Made by a program: the position numbers and the translations under genes. A stretch of 64,000 nt of DNA, taken from positions 29,078,001 through 29,142,000 of the forward strand of contig NC_082728.1 in the NCBI RefSeq assembly GCF_030144855.1, given 5' to 3'. The notes beneath the pieces were generated by a model. The model worked only from the letters and a program-made list of their open reading frames with translations, did not search any database and was not told the origin of the DNA. Positions 14,906 through 27,719 of this stretch are shown in pieces. This DNA is from Hypanus sabinus (Eukaryota). Within the stretch, counting starts at the first letter, position 1. Every line of letters starts with the position of its first letter.

Positions 14906-14967
14906 AACAGAGATAAGTTGGACTAAACAGTCTGTTTTTGTGCTGTATAACTCAATGTCTAAATAGA

Positions 14968-15716
14968 TGTAAAGGGTTTCTTATTGGTGTAAGGGGGTTT
15001 CTGCTTTTTCTTTGTCACTGCGTATGGTAATCAAAATGGCTTCTTTGTTTTGTTAAAAGTAGGAATGCTCCTTGGTTATGATAAGCGCTTTCTCTCGCAG
15101 TTTGTTTGGGTTAAAATTACTGATTACGAGAATTGTACTTGTTTGTTAACCAATTGGGATTAATGTTATTCTTTCTTCTGGGTCTGTAAACTATTGTTGG
15201 TGGACATTTTGGGGAGTTGGCGCGAGAGGGTGAGAGAGAGAGAGAGAGAGAGAGAGGACGTGATGCTGTAAACTGGGCGACGGAACAGACCCTGAGCAGG
15301 GGGTCCGAGGCCAGGAGGTTCGGCGAGGAGACGAGGACAGACGTGCTTGGTTGATCACCGGGTGGTCCTGAGCTACGAGTCGAGGAGTTTGGAGGGGATC
15401 GAATGGTGGCCAGAAGACTTCATTAATTGAGCTCCAATGGTTGTGCATGAAGTGGTTTCGACTTTGATAAGTTTTGGTGCCTTTTCTTTATTTTCTTTTC
15501 ATTCATATATACTGTATCATTATTAATCACTTAGTTCTAATAAGATCTATAAAGTGTAATCATTTAATCACATAAGTGTAATCACAGTCTGTTATTTGGT
15601 GAGGTGGGGACATCACACAGCATCCACACCAGCTGATTACCCAGTTTGGCGGGGCCAAAGGCTGCTGCCCCTAGGTGGAAGCGAGCTGAGCCAGCCTGAG
15701 GCAGCCGGGGGCTACA
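14968..15716. mobile_element. Solo LTR (Gypsy or ERV class), 749 bp
   Basis: Starts TGTA and ends TACA; identical 4-bp flanks TAGA at 14964-14967 and 15717-15720; GC-richer than surroundings with an internal (GA)n run; no internal domain. Confidence 0.8.
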
Positions 15717-16539
15717 TAGATTTTAGATTTTACCTGCAACAAACAAATGTTTTGTAGTGCCCGCCTGTAGCTCTTTATTTTAGGGATATGTTCTGATGTT
15801 CATTATACAGTGAGACTATTAGATCAGAGTGTCCCAAAATGCATGGAAATTATAATAGTAACATATAAAGTGGTTGGCAGTTTTATAGTGATAGATGTCA
15901 TTTGAATGATACTCAGATTTTTGCATTATTATGAACAAGAACATATTACATTCCTTGCACCGAATCTCTTCTCTGTTTTATTTAATACAACCTATCTGTA
16001 ACACAATTACTATTATAGTGTTGAATATCGACATAATGGTTGAAATTCTCCATTTCATTGCAGCTGTCCATAACGGTACAATTATGGGAATAATAATGAT
16101 CAATGACAGCAACAAAATGTTATATGTTTTATCTAGATTGTAGATTACTCCTTGAAATGTGGTACATTCACATTTTGGAAACTGCCTTATAAACAACAAA
16201 CATTTTATTTCCTGATCCCAGTTGTTAGTTTCAAATGTCCTGAGAGGTTGAACAAAGAAGAAGAGTGGTTTTATGCCACAAAAAATATACTTTCTTAAGA
16301 AGTACATTTCAGTGCAGTATAAATAAGAGGACTTTGTTAAAACAGAATTGGACAACTGATTGCTTCTTCCAAGAAAATGGATTACACAATTCTTGTCCTT
16401 TCAATGCTATGTAATACAAAATTGATTTTAACCAGTGTGAATAATATTTGCATTTTTCTTTGAGTTAAATTTCAAATTGGTCATAGAATATCATACAGCC
16501 CATCACATCGATGCTGATCATCAGACACCATTTGATCCT

Positions 16540-16960
16540 TTGCCATCTATGAATTGGCAGTCCAAATGCTCACCTCATTTCTTCTTCAATGTTGTGGGAG
16601 AATCTGCCCCCACTCAGATCGAGCATTCCACATTCTAAAACCTTTATGGGTGAATGAGTTCTTCCTCTGATCTCTGATCTAAGCAATCTGATTGCACACA
16701 TCTCTGCTATGGGGAAGAAGCTTCCTATTACCCACACTATCTAAGCTCCTCATAATTTTGTGTATCTCTATTAGGTACTCCCTCAGCCTTCTCCTCTCCA
16801 AAGAAAATAGACCCATCCCATCCTCTGTCCCCTCATAACTGAAATGTTCCATCCAGGCAACATCCTGAAGAACCTCCTCAACATCCTGTTCAGAGTAGTC
16901 ACATTGTGGCCATCAAAAATTCACGCAAAACTCCAAGTGCAGCCTAACTGAAGTTTTGTA
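16540..16960 (-). mobile_element. Old CR1 3' fragment
   Basis: Similar to other CR1 copies (CCTCAGCCTTCTCCTCTCCAAAGAAAA..CCAGGCAACATCCTG..AACCTCCTC). Confidence 0.65.
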
Positions 16961-17596
16961 AAAAGATCCATGCCAGCATAATTCATTTTTATGCAGTGTC
17001 GGAGGTGCATGCTACAATGTCATATCATCAAGAATTCAACTTTCATTTTCCACCAACTGAAAATGCACCTTCCACATCAGGAGTCCAACTGTTACAGGAT
17101 AGATAGCAAAAGAGAAGAGACAGACCACTGAGATCACAATGAAATAAGAAGATCAATATGTTATACATGGCATCTTCTGATCACCTGCTGCAATCGTCGA
17201 AATTTTTTGAACTCATTTTGGTCGATATGTGATTGCAGCCTGTCTATTTTATGCTCTCATTCTCTGATTCTTCTGCACCTCACTGTGGCATGGAGAAACT
17301 CACCTTCTATAGGGCTGTTCTGCAGCTTTCAGGAATGGAGAATCATTGATGATCTTTCCTGTCAGCAGCACAAGGCTTTCATTTTAAAATTAGTTTTCCA
17401 GGATCCTAGTGTCACTGATAAGGTCCACATTTATTGCCCATCTCGAAATCCCTTTGGGGGAGGTGGTGCTGAGCTGCCGTGTTGAACCTCTGCAGTCCGC
17501 CCGGTGAAGGTGCTCCCTCAGAGCTTGTGAGTCAGGAATTCCATGGTTCAGAACCACTGATAATGATGTATTCCTGATACTTTTTCAACTCAGGAT

Positions 17597-17988
17597 CCAT
17601 CGTGGGCGCTAGTTTCCCCAGCTTCCAGAACATGTTCAAGAAGTGACGCCTCAAGGCATCCATCATGAAGAAACCCCATCATCCAGGACATGCCTTCTTC
17701 TCATGGCTACCATCAGGGAGGAGATACTGGAGCCTGAAGACACATTCTCAACAATTCAGGAGTTGCTTCTTCCCCTCTGACATCAGATTTCTGAATGTAC
17801 ATTGAACCTATTAACTCTATCTCGCTACTTTTTTTTCTCTTTTTGCCCTACTCATTTAATTTAACTTTATAAAAATATTTATATACTTACTGTAATTTAC
17901 AGTTTTATTGTTATGTATTGCAATGTACTTCTGCCGCAAAACAAAAAATTTCATGACAGATGCCAATGATATTAAACCTGATTCTGAT
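17597..17988 (+). mobile_element. Rex1/Babar 3' end inserted into an older LINE fragment (17385-18040)
   Basis: Homologous to 4670-5066; (TTCTGA)n tail; candidate 7-bp TSD TCAGGAT at 17590-17596 and 17989-17995. Confidence 0.8.
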
Positions 17989-18089
17989 TCAGGATGGTGT
18001 ACAACTTGGAAGGAACCCTGTAGGTGGTGGTCACTGGGTCAAAGTGACATATTTCTTTCCATAGAAAATATTAGTACATCAGTGACACA

Positions 18090-18268
18090 AAATAATCTGC
18101 AGATACTGGAAATCTCTGAGCAGCATACACAAAATGCTGAGGGGACTCTGCAGGTCAAACAGCATCTATGGAGGGAACATGGGTCTTAGCTTGAAAAAAT
18201 CAGCTGTTCATTTCCTTCCATAGATGCTGCCTGACTTGCTGAGTTTCTCCAACATTTTGTGTGTGTTA
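18090..18268. repeat. Inverted pair of Penelope-type terminal repeat fragments
   Basis: CACAAAATGCTG...CAGCATCTATGGAGGGAA (~18128-18178) is inverted as TTCCTTCCATAGATGCTG...CATTTTGTG (~18212-18261). Confidence 0.7.
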
Positions 18269-18690
18269 GTAAACTAGAGGTGGTTTTCATGCAGACTTGA
18301 TAGTCCTGTGCTTTTCATTACCTATACTAGATTTCTTTCTATTTTCAGATTATTAGCTGTATTTACATTCCCAGTGCAAACTCGTATTCCGGATTGTTAA
18401 GCCTGGATGCTTACCCCACTTGAAAGCTTTTCATGGAGATCTTTTTTTAGGAAATGTGCACCTTGAGATTTGTATTTTTTTTTAGCATTTTTTAAACAAC
18501 ATTTAATTCAAGTCAATGATTTGTTATGGAGAACTTGAACCGGCAGCAGCATTGCATGTTAGTGCACCTAACTGGGGCCAGTCTAATTTCCAGACTGAAA
18601 ATAACAAAAAGGGGAAACTACTTACTTCAGCATACTTAACATTAAAACATTCCTTAAGGTTGTTATATCCAGGGTTAGTAATGGGGATAA

Positions 18691-19197
18691 GCTATTAAAT
18701 GCTGCCAATGGCATGTGCCTCATATAGCCTGACAACCAAGTTCATGTGTGGTTTAGCTACTAAGCCCAGTGGAACCGTTTCTACTGACAGGTGAAGGAGC
18801 GAAGGCGAGTTACTGACGCCTCATAAACAGTCACTTCGAGCAGACGGGGCTCGTCAGCCGTGGTCGGCAGCTCGTCGAGGAGAAGGAGAACTCCGATCTC
18901 AAACTTCCACTGCCTTGCGGCTATACCTACTATGTTGGGAAGGCTTTGGGTGTAAACCTTGAGGCAAAATTCTGGAGCCGTTGTCCCTAAGGCAGTCTAT
19001 GTTGAGTTCAACGCCGAATAGCAACTCCTGCGATGCTACTGGTGCCAAGCTGTATTGGTCTCTGCCATTCCTTTGGTTTCTTCAGATGCGTAGAGAAAAG
19101 ATGCTTGCTACATGGGTAACAGCTTGCTCCCAATATTGTATTGCCCTGGCTTGTGTATCTAGACAGCCATGGTTAATCCTGACCAATGGAGGCCTTA
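18691..19197 (+). mobile_element. Short non-autonomous LINE-derived element (RTE/Vingi-like 5'UTR plus 3' end)
   Basis: GGCAGCTCGTCGAGGAGAAGGAGAACTCCGATCTCAAAC resembles RTE/Ingi-type 5'UTR motifs; the 3' half is homologous to the SINE at 45083-45399; CpG-rich relative to flanks. Confidence 0.55.
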
Positions 19198-20914
19198 GCT
19201 ACCATTAAGAATCTTATGAAAAGCACATACTTCCTGTACACAAAGCTTACATCTAGTACCCATGACTATTCAGTCATACTATTCTGTCAAAATAATAGCA
19301 TGACAACATGTCAACAATTTTGCCAGATTAATTGTCATGCTGTCCTTCGGCTTCTGGCCATTAAGTACCCCCACAGGGCAAGGGTCTGACATCACGCTCA
19401 ATACTGGTCTGCATTCACAAAAAAAAAACATGTTCATTAACTAACCATGGGCAATTTAAAGGTATTAAATACATTTGTTGAGTAGCGCACTTCACCCTAC
19501 TGTTCCTCTTCACTTGCTGCCTTTACTTATTTATGCTTGAGTGATGTATGAAAGTCAAACATTATCTAAAATAAATTTAAAGAATTGGGTGCTGATGAAC
19601 TCTAAGAATATAAGCATTTTTGACTTATCTGTCATGTGCATCAAATTCAAAAAATATCATGCATTTTATAGAATCTCATTTCCTATTAGATAAAGACATG
19701 TCACTCGCAGAAAGCTGATTTCATTAGCTGTGACAGCTAAATCCAGACCCCGTGTTAAATCTGTGAGGAGATGTTAAATTTCCTTTTCATTGTGCAATGC
19801 CCCACAGCAATTTCTGCCATTGACATATTGCATATAAACCCTTCTGATTCTCTACCATTATAAATGTGAGCTGTTCTTTAAGAGAAAACCCACCAACTGA
19901 ATTTAATAAAACAATCAAATTCAAACAAATATCTCTGCTCTGTCCTAATTTGAAGCCATTGGTGAATGTAGTAGTGGGGATTGAATTCTCATTTTCCCTT
20001 GCAGCTCCCTATGATTGTAGCAATTCTAGTTGTGCTGTTGATGGCAGTGCACAAATATCCCACCAATTCCATATTACTAACTGACATCCATGTGTTACTT
20101 CTTTCCAAATAAATAAATTCTAGGCAAAATAAAGACCAAATAAGTCAAATGGCTTCGTTCTATGATAGTGCAGAAAGTAAGGCAGCACATATTGGGACTG
20201 TATTGCTCATTGACACAAATGATGCATTTTGCTGTATATTTTGATGTTTTGGTGGATATATATGTGACAATTAAAGCTAATCTTTAAGTCTTAAAAATTA
20301 TGACATTTCTGCTTTTAGTGAGAAAGCTGGATGTCCAAATTGTGCAGCAAAATTTGGGCATATATTGCTTGCTAACACTTCATACCATAGAGATACTGCT
20401 GAGCCATTGAGCTTCTGCCCTTTGGCTGTTGTACGTGGCTAGTAAAGCTGTCAATAAGATTAATCAAACCACAATTAATCATTGTAAAATGAAACTTATT
20501 ATGTGTAGAAAGACTGCCAATACATTCACTCTCAGTGTGCTTCAAAGTAGTAAATACAATCAGGAGTGCTTCAAAATTTTAGGATATGGATATGGAGAAG
20601 AAGAATCTCAGACAATAAATGTACCTCTGAAGCCCTTTATAAATAAACATATCTATAACATGTTTCCCATCAAATTACCTCGGTGTGTGAATTATCATTA
20701 AAACTACCATTGGGAACAATTTGATTTCAATCATGCCAGTTCTGGACTCCCAAATTTGTATTCCTCAATACTGCAGTTTGTCCCAGCTTCAAAAAGTTTT
20801 TCAATGTTTTTCAAAGTGTTATTCAAAATGGGAAAAATACTCAACTTCAAAATGGGAGTTGATTTCTTTTGTGGATATTAGTCTAGTGATTCCACTCATC
20901 CAGTTTTTTTTCAC

Positions 20915-21140
20915 CAGGCAGTCAGCCATTCTTGTCTGGCATGTGGTGTTAGGATGGGTGACCTTTCGGATTAACCAGGTCATGATATGAATGTTCCTGA
21001 CCTGACCCTTGTATTTTTTACGAGGCCGAGTGCCTAGCTCACCGCTCAACCCAGCATGGATGGAAAGTGTGCTCGGGGGTGGCCATACTTGGATTTTAAC
21101 TCGGGAACCTTCACTCTGGAATCCGGTGCTGATGCCTGTG
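20915..21140 (-). mobile_element. tRNA-derived SINE with an RTE-5'-like central block
   Basis: Minus strand GGCATCAGCACCGGA...GAGTTAAAATCC (decayed B box), then GGGTTGAGCGGTGAGCTAGGCACTCGGCCTCGTAAAAAA. Confidence 0.55.
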
Positions 21141-21344
21141 AGCTCCATGTAGCTAGATAGAACACACACACCTATATTGATATACCTATATTTCTTTTTG
21201 TATTTTATGTGTTGCACTGAGTACTGCTGCTGCAAAACAACAAATTTCATGAAATATGTCAGTGAAAGTAAAATTGATTCTGATTCAGTCTCCTGATCTT
21301 GGATCACTGTACCTTCTTGAGTGCAATCTTCAGTGAACCATATT

Positions 21345-21578
21345 TTCAGAGAGGGGCGAATCTGTGGAATTCTTTGCCACAGGCAGCTGTGGATGTTAAG
21401 TATTTATGTATAGTTAAGGCAGAGGTTGATAGATTCTTAATAGGTCAGGGCATGAAGGGATACGATGAGAAAGCAGGAGATTGGAGTTGAGAGGAAAATT
21501 GGATTAGCCATGATGAAATGACAGAGCAGACTTGATGGGCCAAATGGCCTAATTCTGTTCTTATATCTTATGGTCTTA
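21345..21578 (+). mobile_element. CR1 3' end
   Basis: Peptide NLWNSLPQAAVD..KAEVDRFLIGQGMKGY; 3'UTR GATGGGCCAAATGGCCTAATTCTG..CTTATGGTCTT. Confidence 0.85.
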
Positions 21579-22559
21579 GAAGAAGCCCATTGTATCCATG
21601 TTCAATCAGAAAGGAGGAAGTTAATCCTTCTTCCCAACTCCTGATTTGTGGCCCTGTAGGTTATAGCTCCAAGTTGTTGTCGATGTTGCACTGAGTTCCA
21701 AACCACATAGACTTCACTTCCAAACACACGTGGGCAATTTTAATGTCATCAGCAGACTTCTTATGTGCAACCCCAGCACATGAGCCAGAGATAAGTGAAA
21801 ATGGTTTTTATTTTGCTATAAGGTTGGTCTCCAAATTAAAAAAAAATCTTGGTTTTACAGTCAAGTTATAAAAGGGAAGTTGAAATGCCAGCCCAATGAA
21901 CCATTATTAAAAATTATAGCACAAATTGAGCGCTGCAATTCATCTTGATGCAATGTCAAACCAGTGGCTGTAGGGATTTGGTATGCCATTCAAACCCACA
22001 GCTAATGTGTGGTAGGTTCAAGGTTCATCTGAAATGAAGTATCTGCTACCATCATCGTATGTTTTAGGGAAAACCAATAGACTTGGTATCCATATTAAAG
22101 AATTCAAACATTTCAAAAAGCAAAAAATAAGAATAGGCAGATGCTGGATATCTGAAATAAAACCTGAAACAAAAATGCCGGAAGTATTCAGTGTATCGGG
22201 AAGCATTTATAGGGAAGTAAACAAAGATAATATTTCAATGCACCAAGAACCAAGTTCTGATAAAGGGTCTTTTCTCCATACATGCTAACTGATTTGCTAA
22301 GTTTTTCTAGCACTTCCTAATTTTAATTGAAGCATTTCTATCTTTATACTGCAACATCAGATAGCTTGACTCAGAAGCAAAACAATAATTTAGTACAAGT
22401 TTTATGTGGATATGCTCTGTAAACCTCTCTATTCCTGTTCAATAGGTTGTATATCTGTTGCTGCTTTTATAAATGTTATAATATCTGCAAATTGACCCAG
22501 TTTGAAAAGCTGCTATCTCACGGCTCCAGTTTTGCTGACCCTCAGAGCTCCAACGAAGT

Positions 22560-23142
22560 GGATTGACTGGTCAACTGATACAGCAACAACAATCTTGCAC
22601 TCTTTGAAAGTAGACCAAGGAATTGATTGTGGACTTCAGGGAGGGCAAATTGGGAGAAGACACCTTCTCATGGAGGGTTCAACAGTGGAAATGGTGGGCA
22701 ACTTTAGGTTCCCGGGTATTAAAACCTCCTTGGCTCAGCATATTGTTGAGACTGCAACGAGGGCATCCAGCAGCTATATTTCATTAGGAGTAAACTCAGC
22801 CTGCTTCATTAACAGCACTAGCCTTCCCATCATTGTGGATATCTTCAAAAGGTGATCCCTCAAGGAGACCGCATCCATCGTAAAGCATCGTCCTCCACCA
22901 TCCAGGATATGCCCTTTTCTCATTACTACCATCAATGAGTAAGTGTCTAAGACTGAATTTTTTAAGAACAATTTCTTCCCCTACACCTTCAGATTTCTCA
23001 ACAGTCACTATTTTGATCTTTTTTGCACTATTTATATATTTTTAATATGTTCTTATTAAATTTGTGGTAATGTTTATGTATTACAAACCAAACAACAAAT
23101 TTCATGACATGTGCCTGAGAAAATAAGCCTGATTCTGATTCT
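22560..23142 (+). mobile_element. Rex1/Babar 3' fragment
   Basis: Homologous to 4350-5066; (TTCTGA)n tail. Confidence 0.75.
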
Positions 23143-23429
23143 GGCATATAGCAGGTTCAATTCTGACCTTCAGTGGTGTATGCATGGAACTTGCACATCT
23201 TCCATGTGACTGGTTCAGGTGTCCTCACACATCCCAAAGGCACTATATTGTAAATTAATTTCACACTGTAAATTGCCTGATCTGTCTTTGTGGGTGAGGG
23301 GCTTTGGAAGAGTTGATAGGAAGGTGAAGAGAATGATGGGTTGCATGGGAAACTGGTGAATGAATACATGCTAATATAACCTCATTGGGTGAAAATTCCC
23401 ACCATCTAACTCATAAGGAAACGTGAAAT

Positions 23430-23765
23430 GAGGAAGTCTCAAAATACTTCACAATCAAAGTACTTTTGAAGTATCACTATTGTTGTTACAGCAACCATTA
23501 AATGCAGGTCCCACAAATTGCAATATTATCAGAAGATTATAATCATTGATTTAATCAAAGCTAGATAAACATTTTGCTGGAAGACAAATATTGAGAAAGA
23601 CTCTGAGGGATATTCGCTGAATATGTGATAAAATATACCCACATGATAAAGCAGTTAATGCCTTGATTCAGATTTAATCTAAAAGATGCCATCTCCAGCA
23701 ATGCAGCATGCCCTCAGTACTCCACTGCTGTTTTAGTATAGATTACTGTGAGCAAGTTTCTAGAT
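23430..23765 (-). mobile_element. Ancient Deu-domain SINE (SacSINE1/AmnSINE1-like)
   Basis: AAGTACTTTTGAAGT..CACT.TTGT, GGTCCCACAAA and AAAGATGCCATCTCC..CAATGCAGCA..CCCTCAGTACT.CACTG blocks recognised from the DeuSINE consensus; heavily diverged. Confidence 0.55.
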
Positions 23766-24225
23766 TTCAAGATTCAAAACTGTTCCTTATCATGCTTCAG
23801 TACACAAGTGTAAAGGAGAAAGAAATGATTGTTACTCAGAATCCAATGTAGCAAACAAAAAGAACACAATAAGCGTAAAGAACGCAATAAATATTAATAC
23901 ATAAGGTTAGTTTATGTACATAGACAGAGTACATACATAAAGTGACGCTACATACAGAAGTATCTGTACATAAAGTGACTCAGGGAATGATAAAGTGTTG
24001 GTGGTGGGCGGTATGGTGGGCTGGGTTAATGGGTGGAGGTGTTGGTCAGGGGGAAGTAACTGTTTTTGAGTCTGGTGGTCCTAGCATGCATTGCCTCTTT
24101 TTTGATGGGAGTGGGACAAACAGTCCATGAACAGAGTGGGTGGGACCTTGATATTGTTGGCCTTTTTCTGGCACCTCACTGTATATACTGTATGTCTTTG
24201 ATAGCAGGTAGGCAGGTGCTGATAA
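23765..24225 (-). mobile_element. Rex1/Babar-type 3' end
   Basis: TTCAAGATTCAA tail at the left; GGGGAAGTAACTGTTTTTGAGTCTGGTGGTCCT...GGGAGTGGGACAAACAGTCCATG encodes the RT C-terminus on the minus strand. Confidence 0.65.
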
Positions 24226-25264
24226 GGTGTTTTAGGCTTAAACATGCAATCGTCTCACCAAGAGGCACAAATGAAACCTGTGGAGTGGTGCCAGATACGA
24301 AGATGATATATGGTGTCAGATATTGAGAGTATTCAATCCTTTTGTAAGAATAACACTGCAATAATAATCAAAAGTGAAATAAGAGTGAGTTCAGTCATTG
24401 TCAGAAGTGTCTATGTGTCATGTTGGGATTTCTACATTTTAACATTTTACTCGTTTGCATATTCATACCACTAAGTGAGTTACTTATTGATACAGTGCAA
24501 GTCATTTTTAATAAGACATCATGAATATCTTATGGACTCATTCTTTTTGCTCCTGAAAAGCCAGTACCAGAGTTTTCCAAATAGCAGATGAGGACAGACT
24601 CAACTCATTGTGAAATACCTTAAAACTTCTCTTAATAAACAACTGTTACAGCCCCCCATCACCACCACCCATGCAGCTTTAGTTTAAAAATTGTTTCTAC
24701 TTTTTGAGTTTTTGAAAATCCAGCTGGCTGTTACGGAGAAGACATAACACTTCTTTCACCCAAGGTAAAGAATCAATTTGTTCAGGAAGTTTTCTGCTGC
24801 TTGTCGATTCTCTTATGTGTTAAGTGATATGTCTTCCACTTCGCAGGGTGCATTCATACTCCATGTTTCAACCAGCCCAAGTACCACAGTGTGCACGTTA
24901 TGAAGTTGCATGATGCAACCAATCTTTCATGATGTTTCTCAGAAAAATAAAAAGAAAAAATGTCAAAGAACTCAGACTCCATGCCATCAGTTTTCATGCT
25001 GCTCATGTGTGGAAATGCTTCCAATTTCAAAGTTGACTCATGATGGTAAAATTTAATTACGTTTTGTACCTCCTGAAAATAGGCTGGCAGTACAAAACAT
25101 AAAGCATTGGAAGGTGGCATCCATGGAGGGAAATGAACAAGATGCAGAAGTGTAATGTAACGAGGATCCCCAGTCACACTGAGTAATCCTTCCCTCCACT
25201 ACGAACACACCCCACCATGGCTGCAGAATGTATCATCTACAAAAATAAGGCAAACATCAAAACA

Positions 25265-25392
25265 CAAAAATACAACTGCAGATGCTGTGGATCAAAGAAT
25301 ACGTACACAACGCTGGAAGAACTCAGCAGGTCAGGCAGCATCCGTGAGAAAAGAGCAGCCAACGGTTCAGGCCGAGACCCTTCATCAGGAAT
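25265..25392 (-). repeat. Penelope-type terminal repeat with near-intact hammerhead motif
   Basis: Minus strand CTGATGA-AGGGTCTCGGCCT-GAAC-CGTT; core GAAA changed to GAAC. Confidence 0.7.
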
Positions 25393-26581
25393 CATTCAGG
25401 TATTTTCACTAACAATGGGAAAACCATGGCTGCCATCACCACACTCAATGATCTGCACACTGCTGAACCAGAAGAGCATGCGTTCCACTTTCCAGGTCAA
25501 TCAGCTCCCATTACTGACAGCTATTTTGTCCTATTTTATTTGTTGGAAATGTGTTGACGAGAATCTTCCAGAACCCCTGGACGTTTTGCCTGACATGATT
25601 GAAAAGGTGGCAGTATCGAGAAATTGAGGGGTAGAACTGAGCTTCGGAGTGGTCAGTTTCTGAGAATTTGCTGAGCAGGCAATTTTGATTGATGGACGCT
25701 ACCACTGGGAGACCAGTGGGGGATTTGGAATAGCTAATGGCAAAATTATTAAAGAAAGAACCTTGGGAATATCCTCCTAGATATCAAGCACATATTTGAA
25801 ATCATTAAATTTTATTGCACACTTGAACCTATTCCTTGGTGACTAACTTCATCTGTGACCTGATTCCATCAGTACCTCTTTATTGATTGAAGTTGCATCC
25901 AGGGCTTGAATGAGTCCATATTCCCTCAGAAAACTGAGGGGAGTACCCTTTGAAGAAAACTTTCACACTGAGTGGAATGACTTCCAACAGCATTTGCAAC
26001 CAATGGGCATTTCCTTTTTAAAGGCTGAAGTTAGGCATCATTGAGCACAAGCTAGCTTCAGCTGACACTGGGTATTCACAGCCTGTGGATTGTACTAATG
26101 GATTCATGGCAGCTGGGCAGTACATCACAAAGAGTTTTATGTCATCCCACTTGGCCTGAAAACTTGCTAAATGAAGGACACACTCCAGTTTTCTAGTGGG
26201 AACCTGGATTTTCACAGGCCCTGCACCCCACTCGGATCAATAAAAAAAGTGCTAATGGAAGCATGTCACAAGTGAAGTCAATGCCAAGGGCAAATCATCT
26301 AGGACATGGGCTTGAGCGAAAAAAAATACTTCAGACGTGCTGAGATCAATGAAGATATCAGTAAATAGACACAAGTACAATGTAGTGCCTTGCACAATTC
26401 AACTTCACCCCAACAGTTCAGTCTTTCCACGGAAACATTTCTACTGCTTTTCTATTCTCAAACTAAACATTTAAAAGTTTTCTAATTTCACTCAACTTCA
26501 CTTGCTTCGTTACTGAACTGTTTCCATGACCATTTATTGCATTTAATTTATTATTTTTTCCTTTTTTTTGTGCTTGTACAA

Positions 26582-27348
26582 AACCCAGATAAGTGTGAAG
26601 TGGTTCATTTTGGTAGGTCAAATATGATGGCAGAATATAGTATTATTGGATCTTGGGGTCAGAGTCTATAGGACACTCAAAGCAACAGCGCAGGTTGATT
26701 CTGTGGTTAAGAAGGTGTACAGTGTTTTGGTCTTCATCAATCGTGGATTTGAATTTAGAAGCCAAGAGGTAATGTTGCAGCTGTATAGGACCCTGGTCAG
26801 ACCCCACTTGGAGTACTGTGCTCAGTTTTGGTTGCCTCACTACAAGAAGGATGTGGAAGCCATAGAAAGGGTGCAGAGGAGATTTACAAGGATGTTGCCT
26901 GGATTGGGGAGCATGCCTTATGAGAACAGGTTGAGTGAACTCGGTCTTTTCTCCTCGGAGCGACGGAGGATGAGGTGACCTGATAGAGGTGTATAAGATG
27001 ATGAGAGACATTGATCATGTGGAAAGTCAGAGGCTTTTTCCCAGGGCTGAAATGATTGCCACAAGAGGACACAGGTTTAAGGTACTGGGGAGTAGGTACA
27101 GAGGAGATGTCAAGGGTAAGTTTTTTACTCAGAGAGTGGTGAGTGCATGGAATGGGCTGCCAGCAACGGTGGTGGAGGTGGATATGATAGAGTCTTTTAA
27201 GAGACTTTTGGATAGGTACATGGAGCTTAGAAAAATAGAGGGCTATAGGTAAGCCTAGTAATTTCTAGGGTAGGGACATGTTGGGCTCAACTTTGTGGGC
27301 TGAAAGGCCTGTATTGTGCTGTAGGTTTTCTATGTTTCTATGTTTCTG
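26582..27348 (+). mobile_element. Relatively young 5'-truncated CR1 LINE
   Basis: ORFs 26646-26978 and 26989-27252 (LYRTLVRPHLEYCAQFW.PHYKKD..AIERVQRRFTRM; TRGHRFKV..FFTQRVV..WNGLP); (TTCTATGT)n tail; 7-bp TSD TGTACAA at 26575-26581 and 27349-27355. Confidence 0.92.
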
Positions 27349-27719
27349 TGTACAATTTGCTGTTTCTTTTTGCATATTAGTTGTTTGTCTGTCCTGTCGA
27401 CTGTGGTCTTTCATTGATTCCATTGTGTGTCTTTGATTGCCCACAAGAAAACGAATCTCAGGGTTGTATATGGTGACATATATATAATTTCATAATAAAC
27501 TTACTTTGACCTTTGAATGATTGATTATCAAAGTATGTATTTTGTTTGTTACCATATACTACCTTGAGATTCATTTTCTTGCAGGCATTTAGAGGAAAAA
27601 AATACAATAGAATTTTAAAGACCTAGACATGAGCAAAGACAGTCAAACACCAATCAAGACATTGTAGGTAAAAAATATAATACTGAGAATATGTTGTTTA
27701 GAATCCTCAGAAGTGAATC

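Noticed and set aside
15978-16355. 125-aa hydrophobic ORF as a membrane protein
   Set aside because: Ile/Phe/Leu bias is expected from AT-rich non-coding DNA; no domain or splice support
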